From positions 64,001 to 128,000 of IMG/VR virus record IMGVR_UViG_3300033120_000574: 64,000 bases of DNA; one strand, written 5' to 3'. The stretch comes from a virus. Its lineage: Duplodnaviria > Caudoviricetes. Shown piece after piece: positions 18,853 through 28,560 of the stretch (the first letter of the stretch is position 1; each line of letters starts with the position of its first letter). The position numbers and the translations under genes are program-made. The notes under the pieces were generated by a model, which searched no databases, was not told the origin of the DNA, and saw nothing but the letters and a program-made list of their open reading frames with translations.

Positions 18853-20339
18853 CCTGTAGTAGTGGTTGTAGAAATCGCAGCTGTAATAGAAGCGGCCAGA
18901 GCGGCAGCTGCGTTAGTCAGTGCTAATGCATATGCAGTCTCTACAGTGGCTGATGCCTGTGCTGCGGCCACTGACGCTGCGAATGTTGCTACTGCCTGTA
19001 GCAAAAATGTTCCGCCAACAACACCACCAAGAGATCCACTGCCTATGGTAACTCCTGCAGGTTGGATAGCGATTGAGCCAGGAGCACCAGATCCACCAGA
19101 CGCCAGGGTGATGTTTGTTCCAGCAATTGCAGTTGTAGTGCTGTTAATGGAATATTGTGTACAAGTAATGTCGAGATTGTTAGCAACGGTGCAAGTAACA
19201 CTGTCTGCGCTAGATACAGTGCAGCTGCCCGTCATATCCACACTTGTAGCTTGGGTAACCACCACTTCTAGGTCTGCTGACACTGTTGTTGAGCTGTTGC
19301 CTGTAATGGTCTCGGTCTTGTCACCATCTGTGGATAAATTTGTGTCACCAGTAACTTCAGTAGTTAAATCACCACCTACGTTAATTGTAGTATTTTCATC
19401 GGAGGATAGCAAGATACTTGATGCACTCTCTACGGTAAAGTTGTCTGGAACTTCAACCAAAAACCTATCCTTCTCAATTAACAGGTACGTGTTATCCTTC
19501 TGTGTTGCACGTTCTGGGTTGCTTGGATTCGGTTGTGCCAAGTTTGGATCTCCCAGGTCCAGTACGCCAACGCCGTTTGCAGGTAAATTGAAATCAAGTT
19601 CAAAGGATTGAGAAGGTTTGATCCAAGCTTTGAAACTGCCACCAGTATCTGCGTTAACAGTTCTAGGAAAACGGCCATCTGTAGAGGTGACAGGGTCGCC
19701 AAAAGACATGGCAGCATTAGAAAGGTGTGTAGAGAGGTAAATAGTGCCTTCTTGGGTTATTGTGAACTCAGCCCCATTTATACGTTGAAAGTATCTGTTT
19801 TTTTGGTCCAAGTAACGTTGGCTGCCTCCGTTTGATGAAGGATTTCTATTTGCTGATGTAGCTGGGTCAAATCTGTTTCTAGGATGTGGCCACCAACGTA
19901 GTATGAATGGACTGTCTAAACTTCCACCTAGAAAGCCAACAATACACCAATCTCCATCCAAATCGAAGGGATTGATGTTATTCATATCCCCATTCCATGC
20001 TTGCCCTGTAACCAAAGTTGTACTTCCCCTGGGCAGCTGCTCACAATAGTTGTCAATTCCTACGTTAGCATTTGGTGTGATGATTACGTTTGCCAAAGGA
20101 AAGTTAGAAGAACGTCCATCTTCAACAACCAGAACAGTGGCAGTATGCATGTATCCACGTCGATCCGCAGTTTGAATGGCAGTACGGTTCTCTTCCGCAT
20201 CTGAATGGTTCACAGACAGCACTACACCCAAAACCAAACGGTCAAACGCAAGGCTAGCATTACGCTGCGCTGTCAACGCTTGTGCAACAGGTTCACCATA
20301 CCCATTGATTATTCTTCGTTGTCCAACTACTCCACTCAT
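18849..20339 (-). CDS. baseplate central spike (gpV/gp5-like)
   Basis: OB-fold signature GD.C.VGFLGG..DSPFI and C-terminal V.GD....V.G beta repeats. Confidence 0.75.
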   Translation of the reverse strand: MSGVVGQRRIINGYGEPVAQALTAQRNASLAFDRLVLGVVLSVNHSDAEENRTAIQTADRRGYMHTATVLVVEDGRSSNFPLANVIITPNANVGIDNYCEQLPRGSTTLVTGQAWNGDMNNINPFDLDGDWCIVGFLGGSLDSPFILRWWPHPRNRFDPATSANRNPSSNGGSQRYLDQKNRYFQRINGAEFTITQEGTIYLSTHLSNAAMSFGDPVTSTDGRFPRTVNADTGGSFKAWIKPSQSFELDFNLPANGVGVLDLGDPNLAQPNPSNPERATQKDNTYLLIEKDRFLVEVPDNFTVESASSILLSSDENTTINVGGDLTTEVTGDTNLSTDGDKTETITGNSSTTVSADLEVVVTQATSVDMTGSCTVSSADSVTCTVANNLDITCTQYSINSTTTAIAGTNITLASGGSGAPGSIAIQPAGVTIGSGSLGGVVGGTFLLQAVATFAASVAAAQASATVETAYALALTNAAAALAASITAAISTTTTTG

Positions 20340-23300
20340 ATTCCATCTCTCCTCACTCTTGCAAGAGCGTCACTGTATGTTGAGTTGCTGGCTGGATTAG
20401 TTGAGAAGCCAGAGGAGCTGTTGTTAGCAGAGGTGATACCCAATGAACGTGCCTCTGCTTCTCTCAATTCTGCTGCAAAGTTAGGATCCGAAGTACCAGT
20501 AACAGCATCTATTAGAGTCTCATTGTAGTTATCTCTGCGTTCTCCAAAGTCAGTCTCATTGTAGGCTGCACTGACTCGTGCTTGTGCAGGAACTACTTGA
20601 GTTCCTTTACGAACAGTAAGAGCACGTCGAACTGCTACTGGATCTGGGCACATAAAGAACGCTCCGAGACGAGAGTTTACTCTTCTCTGTGTCTCTGTTG
20701 CACCAAGCCCTTCTAGAGCAGGGCACACATAGACTGGGTGTGGATTGGTTGGTTGACCACGGGTTACTTGTAGGTTAGTGGTCATGTGCTGGTCAACATT
20801 CCAAGTATGGGATACGCTTTCAACATAGAAAGACATGTTACGATCAGGAAGGTCCAACCTGTATCCTGCACGTATTTCTGGTGCACCACGCATCTCTATA
20901 TTTCCTGACACGTACTCTATGTTGTGTTGATACCAATGGTCATGCAGGAGTGTCCAACGTGCTAGCTGCCTTCTTGTCATGGCAGTATCTACATGAGTAT
21001 ACATTTGTTGTGTACTTGTGGTTGTGTCTGTTGTTTCCCTAGTACCAGGCGTTGGTGGTGTCTCAGGTAAGTGTGCTTCTTCACCACCATCTGTTACTTC
21101 AACCTCGTCATCTGGAGATAGGAGACCTGCAGTACCAACAGGTAAAGTAACACCAAACAGCTCTCTAAACACTCTAACAGGATCCTGACTTACCGTTAAA
21201 GATTCATCTGGATTAGGAGGTCGTGTAGGAGAAAGTACGCTACTTACAGCGGGTGCACCAGCAGGTACAGCATCTCTGAATCTGTCAGGAGCCAATCTGT
21301 TTCTGTCTGACATGGAGGAATAGCTACGTCCGTTTCGTTCAATATTGAACTCAAAGTGAAGGTGTACTCCAAATCGAGATTCATCTACACGCGTCTCTGG
21401 ACGATCCACAGGCTCTGCATCTGTGTTACCTACATAACCGATAACATCTCCTGCGCGGACAGGCACTTCTGTATACCCACCACGGGCATTCAATCTTGTG
21501 GACTGGAAAGGTGCAAGATTGCTACTAGATCTTGCACGTGTTACTGGTTGCACGTTTTCCGCAAAGCGATCTAGGTGTCCATAAAGTGTGTACATATTGT
21601 CTTGCGGATGGAATATGTAAACACAATTTCCATAGGCAGGGACTACGTTAGGGCTTCGTGGACGTTGTGGCAAAGCCATACACACGAGACCATCACGTAC
21701 AGCGCGTACAGGTGTTCCACGAGGAGCATGTATATCTACGCCGTTGTGGAACCTCCAGTATCTTGTTCCTGCTGCTGGTGTTATGTTGTTTGGGTTATTG
21801 TTTACTGGTCTTTCAAATCTGGTTTCTTTAGGACGATACCACCATTGGTTTTCAGGCGTAACGAATCCTTGAGATAAAACGCCATCTGCCTCTACCAAAG
21901 CAACAGGTAGCACGGTCACGCTGCTAGCAGGCGCGGGGGTAGTTGTCTCAGCCAAAGCTTGTTCTGGCTCGTTTACAGTGGTTACCCGATTTGCTAAATC
22001 CAAGCCACCACGTGCACAACGTGTATTCAAGGTACGTTTACGTAGCCCATGACGCACAATAGCAACAGGTGTAATAAGTGGACTCAAGTCTCGCATGTAG
22101 AATCTAGAAGCTTCACCACTCAGGGCACTTTCAGACACCATCTCTATCAGATTAAAATGATCGGTGTCACTTCTGCTTAGACTTGTAGAAATTATCTCAG
22201 TGTTGTGTACTACGGCTACATCTAAATGTTTCTGTGCAGTTTCAGGGGAAGTTCCATTTGACCTAGCTTGTACCGAGATAGTTGGAATGGTTATTACATG
22301 ACGACCTGGTTCGTTTGGACGATCGCTAAATATTGCACCGAATATAACAGTTCCCAAATTTCCAATGGCGTTACCTGTGAACGAAGTAGCCGAAGTGCTG
22401 CTTTGCACGACTGTGATTGGTACATTCTGTGCATCAATTCGGTCAATGGTAGAAAAAGGATACTCACGCATTATCAAAGCTGGTACGTGACAAATACCGT
22501 TCACTCCTACATCAGCTTCGTTTCCTCCAAGCTCATCCAACTCTCTGGAGAAATCGGTACCAACAGTCAATCCTCCATCGCGGCTCAAAGGACGCAAATC
22601 TAGGAACAACTCATTTACAATTTCATTTGAGACAGAGTTGATGAAGCTCCACACACTATCTTGTCTTTCCCAAATTGACAACTCGGCAAAGTAACCATCA
22701 ATAGCATTTCGCTCTACGAATGTAGATAGATCAATTATGTCCAATAGCGTTGGAGGGGCACTAGACACGGTAGTGTTGAGTATTGAAAAAGCTTCACCAC
22801 CGTTCAATGGCAGTCCGTTTCCTCCCGTGTCATTTGGACCACGTCCATCCAAAGCACGTTGAGCAGCCAAACTAAAACGCTGTCTGTCGTTACGACGAAT
22901 GTCTCCAGCAAGTGGAGACTCAGGGTCAGTTCGTAACAGTTGATCCGTGCTTATAGTGTCATCAAACCCTGCTTGGGTTTTGATTTGATCCAAGAAAGCT
23001 TGGTAACCACCCAAATCCAGCACCTGCCTACGTATATCCTCAGACAACAACCCCAATGCAAACTCTGCCCGTTGTGCACGTATTTGATTTAGGTTTCTGG
23101 GAACAAAAGACGCAGGTAATATGAATTGTCCACCAAACCCCATTAGAAGCAAAATAACGTTTACCACCACGTCAGCAGGGGATCCATGAGCAAGCAATCC
23201 CCGTGTACGCAGTGCTGCACCTCCCATATTAGTGGTTCCAATAAAATTTCCATCAAAGTCAGGTCTTGCTGCAACATGTGGATTGAAGTAAAGTTGTGTT

Positions 23301-23686
23301 CGTTCAAATGCTTTTTGGAAGTCAGAACAAACAATTGTGTACAGTGTTGTTGGCTTTCCAGCAGCGTCCACTCTATCTATTTCTGTGATGTTATCTACAA
23401 ATCCAAAGTGTACACGAGTCCATCCTTGTCCATCTCCTTTATCACAATAAGCAGCTATGTAGTCATTGGGAAATACATAGTTTAAGTAGTCACGGTCAGC
23501 TACCAAACTCATGCTTAAGTTTCCGACAGACTTTGTAGTCTTTGTAGTGTTTACTGTGACGAGTGCTTTAGATAGGTCAACAGTGTTATTGTGTTGGTGA
23601 CTCTTAACCAGAATCTTCCAACGTGTTTTGTATCTACGAGCACCATCTGGACCTAGTGCTCTATCAAGTATTGTTATTGCACTCAT
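20336..23686 (-). CDS. baseplate hub protein with inserted M23 peptidase domain
   Basis: Hub-like ends (HFGFVD; G.PEIRAG.RL...FYVESVSH.W). M23 motifs HNGVD, YGHL and HLHFE. Confidence 0.8.
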   Translation of the reverse strand: MSAITILDRALGPDGARRYKTRWKILVKSHQHNNTVDLSKALVTVNTTKTTKSVGNLSMSLVADRDYLNYVFPNDYIAAYCDKGDGQGWTRVHFGFVDNITEIDRVDAAGKPTTLYTIVCSDFQKAFERTQLYFNPHVAARPDFDGNFIGTTNMGGAALRTRGLLAHGSPADVVVNVILLLMGFGGQFILPASFVPRNLNQIRAQRAEFALGLLSEDIRRQVLDLGGYQAFLDQIKTQAGFDDTISTDQLLRTDPESPLAGDIRRNDRQRFSLAAQRALDGRGPNDTGGNGLPLNGGEAFSILNTTVSSAPPTLLDIIDLSTFVERNAIDGYFAELSIWERQDSVWSFINSVSNEIVNELFLDLRPLSRDGGLTVGTDFSRELDELGGNEADVGVNGICHVPALIMREYPFSTIDRIDAQNVPITVVQSSTSATSFTGNAIGNLGTVIFGAIFSDRPNEPGRHVITIPTISVQARSNGTSPETAQKHLDVAVVHNTEIISTSLSRSDTDHFNLIEMVSESALSGEASRFYMRDLSPLITPVAIVRHGLRKRTLNTRCARGGLDLANRVTTVNEPEQALAETTTPAPASSVTVLPVALVEADGVLSQGFVTPENQWWYRPKETRFERPVNNNPNNITPAAGTRYWRFHNGVDIHAPRGTPVRAVRDGLVCMALPQRPRSPNVVPAYGNCVYIFHPQDNMYTLYGHLDRFAENVQPVTRARSSSNLAPFQSTRLNARGGYTEVPVRAGDVIGYVGNTDAEPVDRPETRVDESRFGVHLHFEFNIERNGRSYSSMSDRNRLAPDRFRDAVPAGAPAVSSVLSPTRPPNPDESLTVSQDPVRVFRELFGVTLPVGTAGLLSPDDEVEVTDGGEEAHLPETPPTPGTRETTDTTTSTQQMYTHVDTAMTRRQLARWTLLHDHWYQHNIEYVSGNIEMRGAPEIRAGYRLDLPDRNMSFYVESVSHTWNVDQHMTTNLQVTRGQPTNPHPVYVCPALEGLGATETQRRVNSRLGAFFMCPDPVAVRRALTVRKGTQVVPAQARVSAAYNETDFGERRDNYNETLIDAVTGTSDPNFAAELREAEARSLGITSANNSSSGFSTNPASNSTYSDALARVRRDGI

Positions 23687-25806
23687 CGTTCACCTTGTCC
23701 GCCTGTGCTATCAAATACAGCACTGTAGGAAGGAGGAACCGTCAGTTGCACACTGGCTAGATACGCAAAAACTTCACGCATTTCTCGACCACGTTCCAAG
23801 CTAGGGCCAATATTAGGAGCATTACCACCATGGTTTCGTTGTGCCGCACGGAAAGCTGCCTCTAACAGTTGTATTGCAGCATCTTCCGCACGTGTCTTAA
23901 ATGCTTCATTAGCTTCAGTACGGTTGTATTCAGTCATTCCACGTATAGCTGGATCGTTTCGGTCAATTCCTTGATCACGAATGAAGAGTGCTGCACTTCC
24001 TGCTTCCATTGTGTTCCTAATCTGAGACTCATCCAAGTTTGCGTTAGGAACTAGCATCTCTGCATTATTTTTCATCATGTTGTTTATGATCTGATCTGAA
24101 CCGCTTACTTTCTTTTTGTCACTGCTAGAGAAACCAAAGCCTTCAGCGATAACATCTAAATTCTTAGCAATTTCACCCATACCACGCAACAGGTCAGTCA
24201 TTGCAAGAATGCCACCACTCACAGCTTGCATTATAGGACGTAATGCAGTAAGCGCATCAGCAGCAGCCTTGGTTGCGTTAACCATAGCTGTTTGGTTTTC
24301 CATTATAAACTCATGGAAAGAGTCATGAACACTTTCCATAGAAGTGTGCAAACTTTCTCCTACATCCACTGAATCTGCTTGATACCTAGCCATTCTTCGT
24401 GTTTCTTCCAAAAGTGGATCATTATCACCACTAAGTAATCTACGGATGTCTTTCAAGACATCCGTTTCTGACTCCGTCATACTCCTAATCATATTGGAGA
24501 GGTTCTCATCTGACTCTCCTGCGGCCATAGCAGCTTGCACGGATTCAATCTGATCTAGGCTCAAAGATCCACCAAGAATCTGCTCAAGCGCTAAGTTAGC
24601 TTCTTCTCCAGGCCCGCCAAAGGAAGCGTTATTGTATTCTATCTGCCTCCTAACGAAATCTGCTTGACCTTTTCCATCGGAGCCTAACTGCACTGCCTTA
24701 CGTGCTTGGTAGTAGCTTGCGCCATTTCCATAACCCATAGCTGCCATAGCACGTAACTGTCCTTCGTCACCACCACCAGGGTTCCTAAAACCCTGCTCAA
24801 GAGCAGACCCGACAGCAGCTCCACGTGCCCCTTGTAACCCAGCTTGTCCTGACCTGCCTAAAGTAGCAAGAAGCTGTGCATAAGGACCAGTAGTTACAGT
24901 ACCACCTGCACGTGAAGCTCCTTGTTGGGTCATTGTCATTACACCTTCAAGAAACTCAGGCATACGCGACTTCTCAATTCCAGATACCATACCTGCGGCG
25001 ATAGCCCTAGTAAGCTGCTTATACCCAGCTCCTCCTTCACTAAAGCCAGTTGTGCCTCCCTGTCTAATGGTTCCAAACATACCAGCTGTCTGGTTCATGT
25101 CAGTTCCCAATAGACGGGACACAGCCATTGTGGACCCAGCACCATCTGCACTTCCCGTAGCACGTGCAGTAAGTGCAGTAGCGTTTATAGCCTCCTCTGG
25201 TGTGTATCCCAGCTTACGTGCAGGTATGTTTCGCAGCATCTTCATGCTGTCTGCAGTTGCTCCACCACCTGCATATCCACTGACATTCGCTAAGTTCTTT
25301 GCGTAGCCTTGATAAGAATCATACTGAGATGTAATGGCCTGGAAAGGCATGGATACTAATGCTGCCAAAGCTGTAAGTGCAGCACCACCAACCATACCTG
25401 CTGCACTACCAAGCCCACCTCCACCGCCTCTAAACAGTTGTTTGCTTTCACGGCTACGTTTAAGTTCTTGCTCTTGCTTCTTCTTCTCCCTGTTTATATG
25501 GTCTTCGGCTTTTTTCTGTTCTCTAGCAATCGTACGTGCTGCTTTGGCAGCTTCACGTTGTGCGACCGTTGGACGTGCTGCTGCCTTAGACAACTTGTCA
25601 TAGAGTGCAATTTGCTCTTTGAGAGCTTTATTTTGCGCAATGGTCTCAGCAGATTGCTTCTTTTGTTGCTTAAGAAGGTTTGGGATGTTCTCCTTGTTCT
25701 TCTTACGGAACTTCTCAACAATAGAAGTAGACTTCTTTGTTTCTGCGTCAAGATTCTTTGAATCACCTTCAAAGGTTACTAATACTTTGTGATTTGTATC
25801 ACTCAT
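23683..25806 (-). CDS. tape measure protein
   Basis: Ala/Gly-rich helical 707 aa protein directly after the tail chaperones. Confidence 0.7.
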   Translation of the reverse strand: MSDTNHKVLVTFEGDSKNLDAETKKSTSIVEKFRKKNKENIPNLLKQQKKQSAETIAQNKALKEQIALYDKLSKAAARPTVAQREAAKAARTIAREQKKAEDHINREKKKQEQELKRSRESKQLFRGGGGGLGSAAGMVGGAALTALAALVSMPFQAITSQYDSYQGYAKNLANVSGYAGGGATADSMKMLRNIPARKLGYTPEEAINATALTARATGSADGAGSTMAVSRLLGTDMNQTAGMFGTIRQGGTTGFSEGGAGYKQLTRAIAAGMVSGIEKSRMPEFLEGVMTMTQQGASRAGGTVTTGPYAQLLATLGRSGQAGLQGARGAAVGSALEQGFRNPGGGDEGQLRAMAAMGYGNGASYYQARKAVQLGSDGKGQADFVRRQIEYNNASFGGPGEEANLALEQILGGSLSLDQIESVQAAMAAGESDENLSNMIRSMTESETDVLKDIRRLLSGDNDPLLEETRRMARYQADSVDVGESLHTSMESVHDSFHEFIMENQTAMVNATKAAADALTALRPIMQAVSGGILAMTDLLRGMGEIAKNLDVIAEGFGFSSSDKKKVSGSDQIINNMMKNNAEMLVPNANLDESQIRNTMEAGSAALFIRDQGIDRNDPAIRGMTEYNRTEANEAFKTRAEDAAIQLLEAAFRAAQRNHGGNAPNIGPSLERGREMREVFAYLASVQLTVPPSYSAVFDSTGGQGER

Positions 25807-25812
25807 TGCGCC

Positions 25813-26346
25813 TCACTCATCTGGATCGAAGTCACCACCAAATGTAGGTTTACTGAACAAACTATCCAAAGGAGTTTGTCCTTTTACATGCAAACCACTT
25901 CGGTTTGCATCATTGGCTACACTTTCAAACGTATCCTTTATAGATACAGCTGCATAAGGATCTCTAGATTTTGCAATTTCACGTATCTTAGAAATCTGCT
26001 GAAGAGATTCTTCGTTAAAGGACTCTAACAAATCAGGAGTGATTCCGTCCGCAATTTGTTGTTCCCAACGGTCAACCATTTCATCGCCAGTATCCTTGAA
26101 CTGGATCTCTCCATCTGCATTTCTGTGCGACTCTAGTGGAGTCTCTTCATACTTAGAAATGTAGAAGTCTAGTAGGTGTTCGTATACTGTACGTTCTTGA
26201 AACAGTTCATGGTTCGAGGGCAGCCCGTACTTCTTTATCCACCACCGTGACAGAGCCTCTGTCAGAGTTGGCTTGCGGAACATTTTCTTCGCTGCTTCCT
26301 GCGCCAGTTCCGTTATTGGCTTTTCGCTCGCTCGCCCTTCGGAGAA
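25813..26346 (-). CDS. tail assembly chaperone, frameshifted extension
   Basis: Open +1 frame overlapping the upstream chaperone with no convincing start of its own; WW..KY.LP.N...F motif. Confidence 0.65.
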   Translation of the reverse strand, partial: FSEGRASEKPITELAQEAAKKMFRKPTLTEALSRWWIKKYGLPSNHELFQERTVYEHLLDFYISKYEETPLESHRNADGEIQFKDTGDEMVDRWEQQIADGITPDLLESFNEESLQQISKIREIAKSRDPYAAVSIKDTFESVANDANRSGLHVKGQTPLDSLFSKPTFGGDFDPDE

Positions 26347-26689
26347 ACGAGTTCTCGAATTCGAGAACCTCCTGGAATACCTTTCCAATAAGCTGTGGGT
26401 CAGAGATCTTATCCAAGTTCCACCAATCTGGGTGTTGCTTAACTGAGATCTCCAAGTGTGCGATCATGTTATTGAAGTCATCAGTCTGCTCGTCAACACC
26501 ACGACCAGGATTCTCGGAATCGTAGTACATTCCGCCATTCAGTTGAGACTTGCGTACACCAAGTGCACCCATCTCACGAATACCTAGCTTCTTAACTGTA
26601 AAGGTCCCTTGATACCTTCTGTCTTCTAAATCAGACATGAAATCAATGGAAAATGTTTTTGTGAACGAATTCTTTGTGTCCAAACTCAT
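26207..26689 (-). CDS. tail assembly chaperone
   Basis: ATG at 26689 with a GAGG SD; lies between tube and tape measure genes. Confidence 0.75.
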   Translation of the reverse strand: MSLDTKNSFTKTFSIDFMSDLEDRRYQGTFTVKKLGIREMGALGVRKSQLNGGMYYDSENPGRGVDEQTDDFNNMIAHLEISVKQHPDWWNLDKISDPQLIGKVFQEVLEFENSFLRRASERKANNGTGAGSSEENVPQANSDRGSVTVVDKEVRAALEP

Positions 26690-26730
26690 GTAACCTCTAA
26701 CCAAGACTTACCATTAAGTAATCTTGTAGT

Positions 26731-26764
26731 CAAACAAATAAAGCAGGCCGTCAAGCCTGCTTTA
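26731..26764 (-). terminator. intrinsic terminator after the tail tube gene
   Basis: TAAAGCAGGC-TTGACG-GCCTGCTTTA followed by TTTGTTT. Confidence 0.7.
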
Positions 26765-26794
26765 CTTAGATGTCAAGTATAAGCCAGGTTTAGC

Positions 26795-27217
26795 TTATAG
26801 CCCATTTTCACTTTCATCCAAAACTCGGATAGCAACGAAGCTAACGGACTCTTGTACGATGCCTCTAGCAGTAACGTCCCAAGAGTGTCCAGAACACTTA
26901 ACGCCTTGAAACAATGCGATAGTAGACCCTGTGACCTTGTCCTGAATGGAAGCATCCAAGTCACCGGATGTGAGAATATCTTCTTGTCGAGGAAGAATTC
27001 CAAGACGCTTCAAGCTATCACCAACAACACGGAAAACCTGTGCATTCAGACTAACTCGGTATGCAACGGGCACGAACTCACGAACCTCTAGCAAAGCTAG
27101 AACGTCCACAGGTTCATAGTCAATCATTTCTTCACCGGAGACTCCTCCAGCAAAAGCCACAGGAGCACTTCCAATTAAGAAAATAGCTCTTGCGCCAGAA
27201 AAGGTCTTTGATGCCAT
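26795..27217 (-). CDS. tail tube protein
   Basis: 140 aa, MASKTFSGAR...YEPVDVL..LEV.E.VPV, SPO1-like tube size and position. Confidence 0.82.
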   Translation of the reverse strand: MASKTFSGARAIFLIGSAPVAFAGGVSGEEMIDYEPVDVLALLEVREFVPVAYRVSLNAQVFRVVGDSLKRLGILPRQEDILTSGDLDASIQDKVTGSTIALFQGVKCSGHSWDVTARGIVQESVSFVAIRVLDESENGL

Positions 27218-27276
27218 AGTAAATCTCCTTATGCACCTAGGTTAACTAAGTGCATCTTGATTATATCAGGTATTTC

Positions 27277-28542
27277 TCAAGTTGGTAGTGTGAACGCAGC
27301 TACTGCAGCTTGAGCAGCACGAATCAGTTCTGCTAGGATGCGATTGTCTCTCATCTGTCCGCCTGCAGTAGCAGTGTAGTTGCGGCTAGCATCTGCAGTA
27401 TTTTCCGGCATTGTGATGGAAATTGATGCGCCATCTGCAATTGTGGTAAGGTTTCCAGCCACAGTAAGAGTGTTCTCAGTATTTGAGACAATCTTAGCTA
27501 CCTGTGCGCCTGCAGTAAACTTCATGTTCTTGAATGCATCGATACGGAAAGAGCTACCCTTCGTATTCAAACGCACTGTTGTATTGTAGGAGCGACGTGT
27601 AACCAATGCAGCAGATGAAGCGCCCACAGTAACTCCAGAGAACAAAATCTGTTCAGGAGCCAAGGTTCCGCCAAGCTGTTGTACAATGCGAATCAAAACG
27701 TCAGTTGTGATGCGAGAGTCCGCGTATAGGGAGGTAGCAGCAGCGTCTCCACGCCCACGACCATTGCGCAACACGTTGATTGCACTGTTAGCCATGGTAC
27801 CACGAATTGTGTAAGTATCACCAGCTGCAGATGCTACTGCAACACCTGCGGAGCCAATCACAGGGCCAGTAAAAGTAAGTATGTTTGCAGTGTTTGAAAG
27901 CACTACAGCAGTCTTACCTGCAAGTGCAGCAGTTACGTTACCTGTAAAAGTAACGGTGTTGCCGATCTGGGAGTTAGCAACAAATGCGCCAGTATCTGTA
28001 AGCGTGCTTGTTGTGCCAGAGACTACAGTCAAAGTAGCTACTGAGTTCAAGCTGTCCATCAAAACTTCAAGTACAGAGGCCACGTCTTGTGCCCTAACAA
28101 AGTTAGATGGCAAAGTAGCGATAGCGTCTGCCCCACCACGACCACCAGACAGGTTAGCAGTAGAAGCGACTGAGATACTTCCTGCACCAGAGCCAGTAGG
28201 CAACACAGCAAGTACTAGAGCTGAAGCAGCTGCACTGCCATTGATTGCTGCAGCGATCAATGTAGCTGTGTTGGAAGCACCAACCACAACACCACTGCTT
28301 ACAGCTAGTGCTACTGTGATTGCATTACCAACCACAGATACAGTTAGGCCGCTTGTGCCTGCAGGCACTGTGAAGGCAACTGAGATGTTATTTCCAGTAA
28401 CTCCAGGTTCTTGCGCAATCAACTGCACACGAGATGTAGTAGATCCTACAATCAAAGAAGCAGTGGAATAGTTAACACCAGAGCGAAGAAGGTCTCTGAT
28501 TCTCTTTAGGTAGATTACATTGTCAGTAGGAATTGCAGGCAT
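27277..28542 (-). CDS. virion structural protein (tail decoration?)
   Basis: Ala/Gly/Thr-rich beta modules; lies between the sheath and tube genes. Confidence 0.6.
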   Translation of the reverse strand: MPAIPTDNVIYLKRIRDLLRSGVNYSTASLIVGSTTSRVQLIAQEPGVTGNNISVAFTVPAGTSGLTVSVVGNAITVALAVSSGVVVGASNTATLIAAAINGSAAASALVLAVLPTGSGAGSISVASTANLSGGRGGADAIATLPSNFVRAQDVASVLEVLMDSLNSVATLTVVSGTTSTLTDTGAFVANSQIGNTVTFTGNVTAALAGKTAVVLSNTANILTFTGPVIGSAGVAVASAAGDTYTIRGTMANSAINVLRNGRGRGDAAATSLYADSRITTDVLIRIVQQLGGTLAPEQILFSGVTVGASSAALVTRRSYNTTVRLNTKGSSFRIDAFKNMKFTAGAQVAKIVSNTENTLTVAGNLTTIADGASISITMPENTADASRNYTATAGGQMRDNRILAELIRAAQAAVAAFTLPT

Positions 28543-28560
28543 GATTACTCCTTAAGTAAA

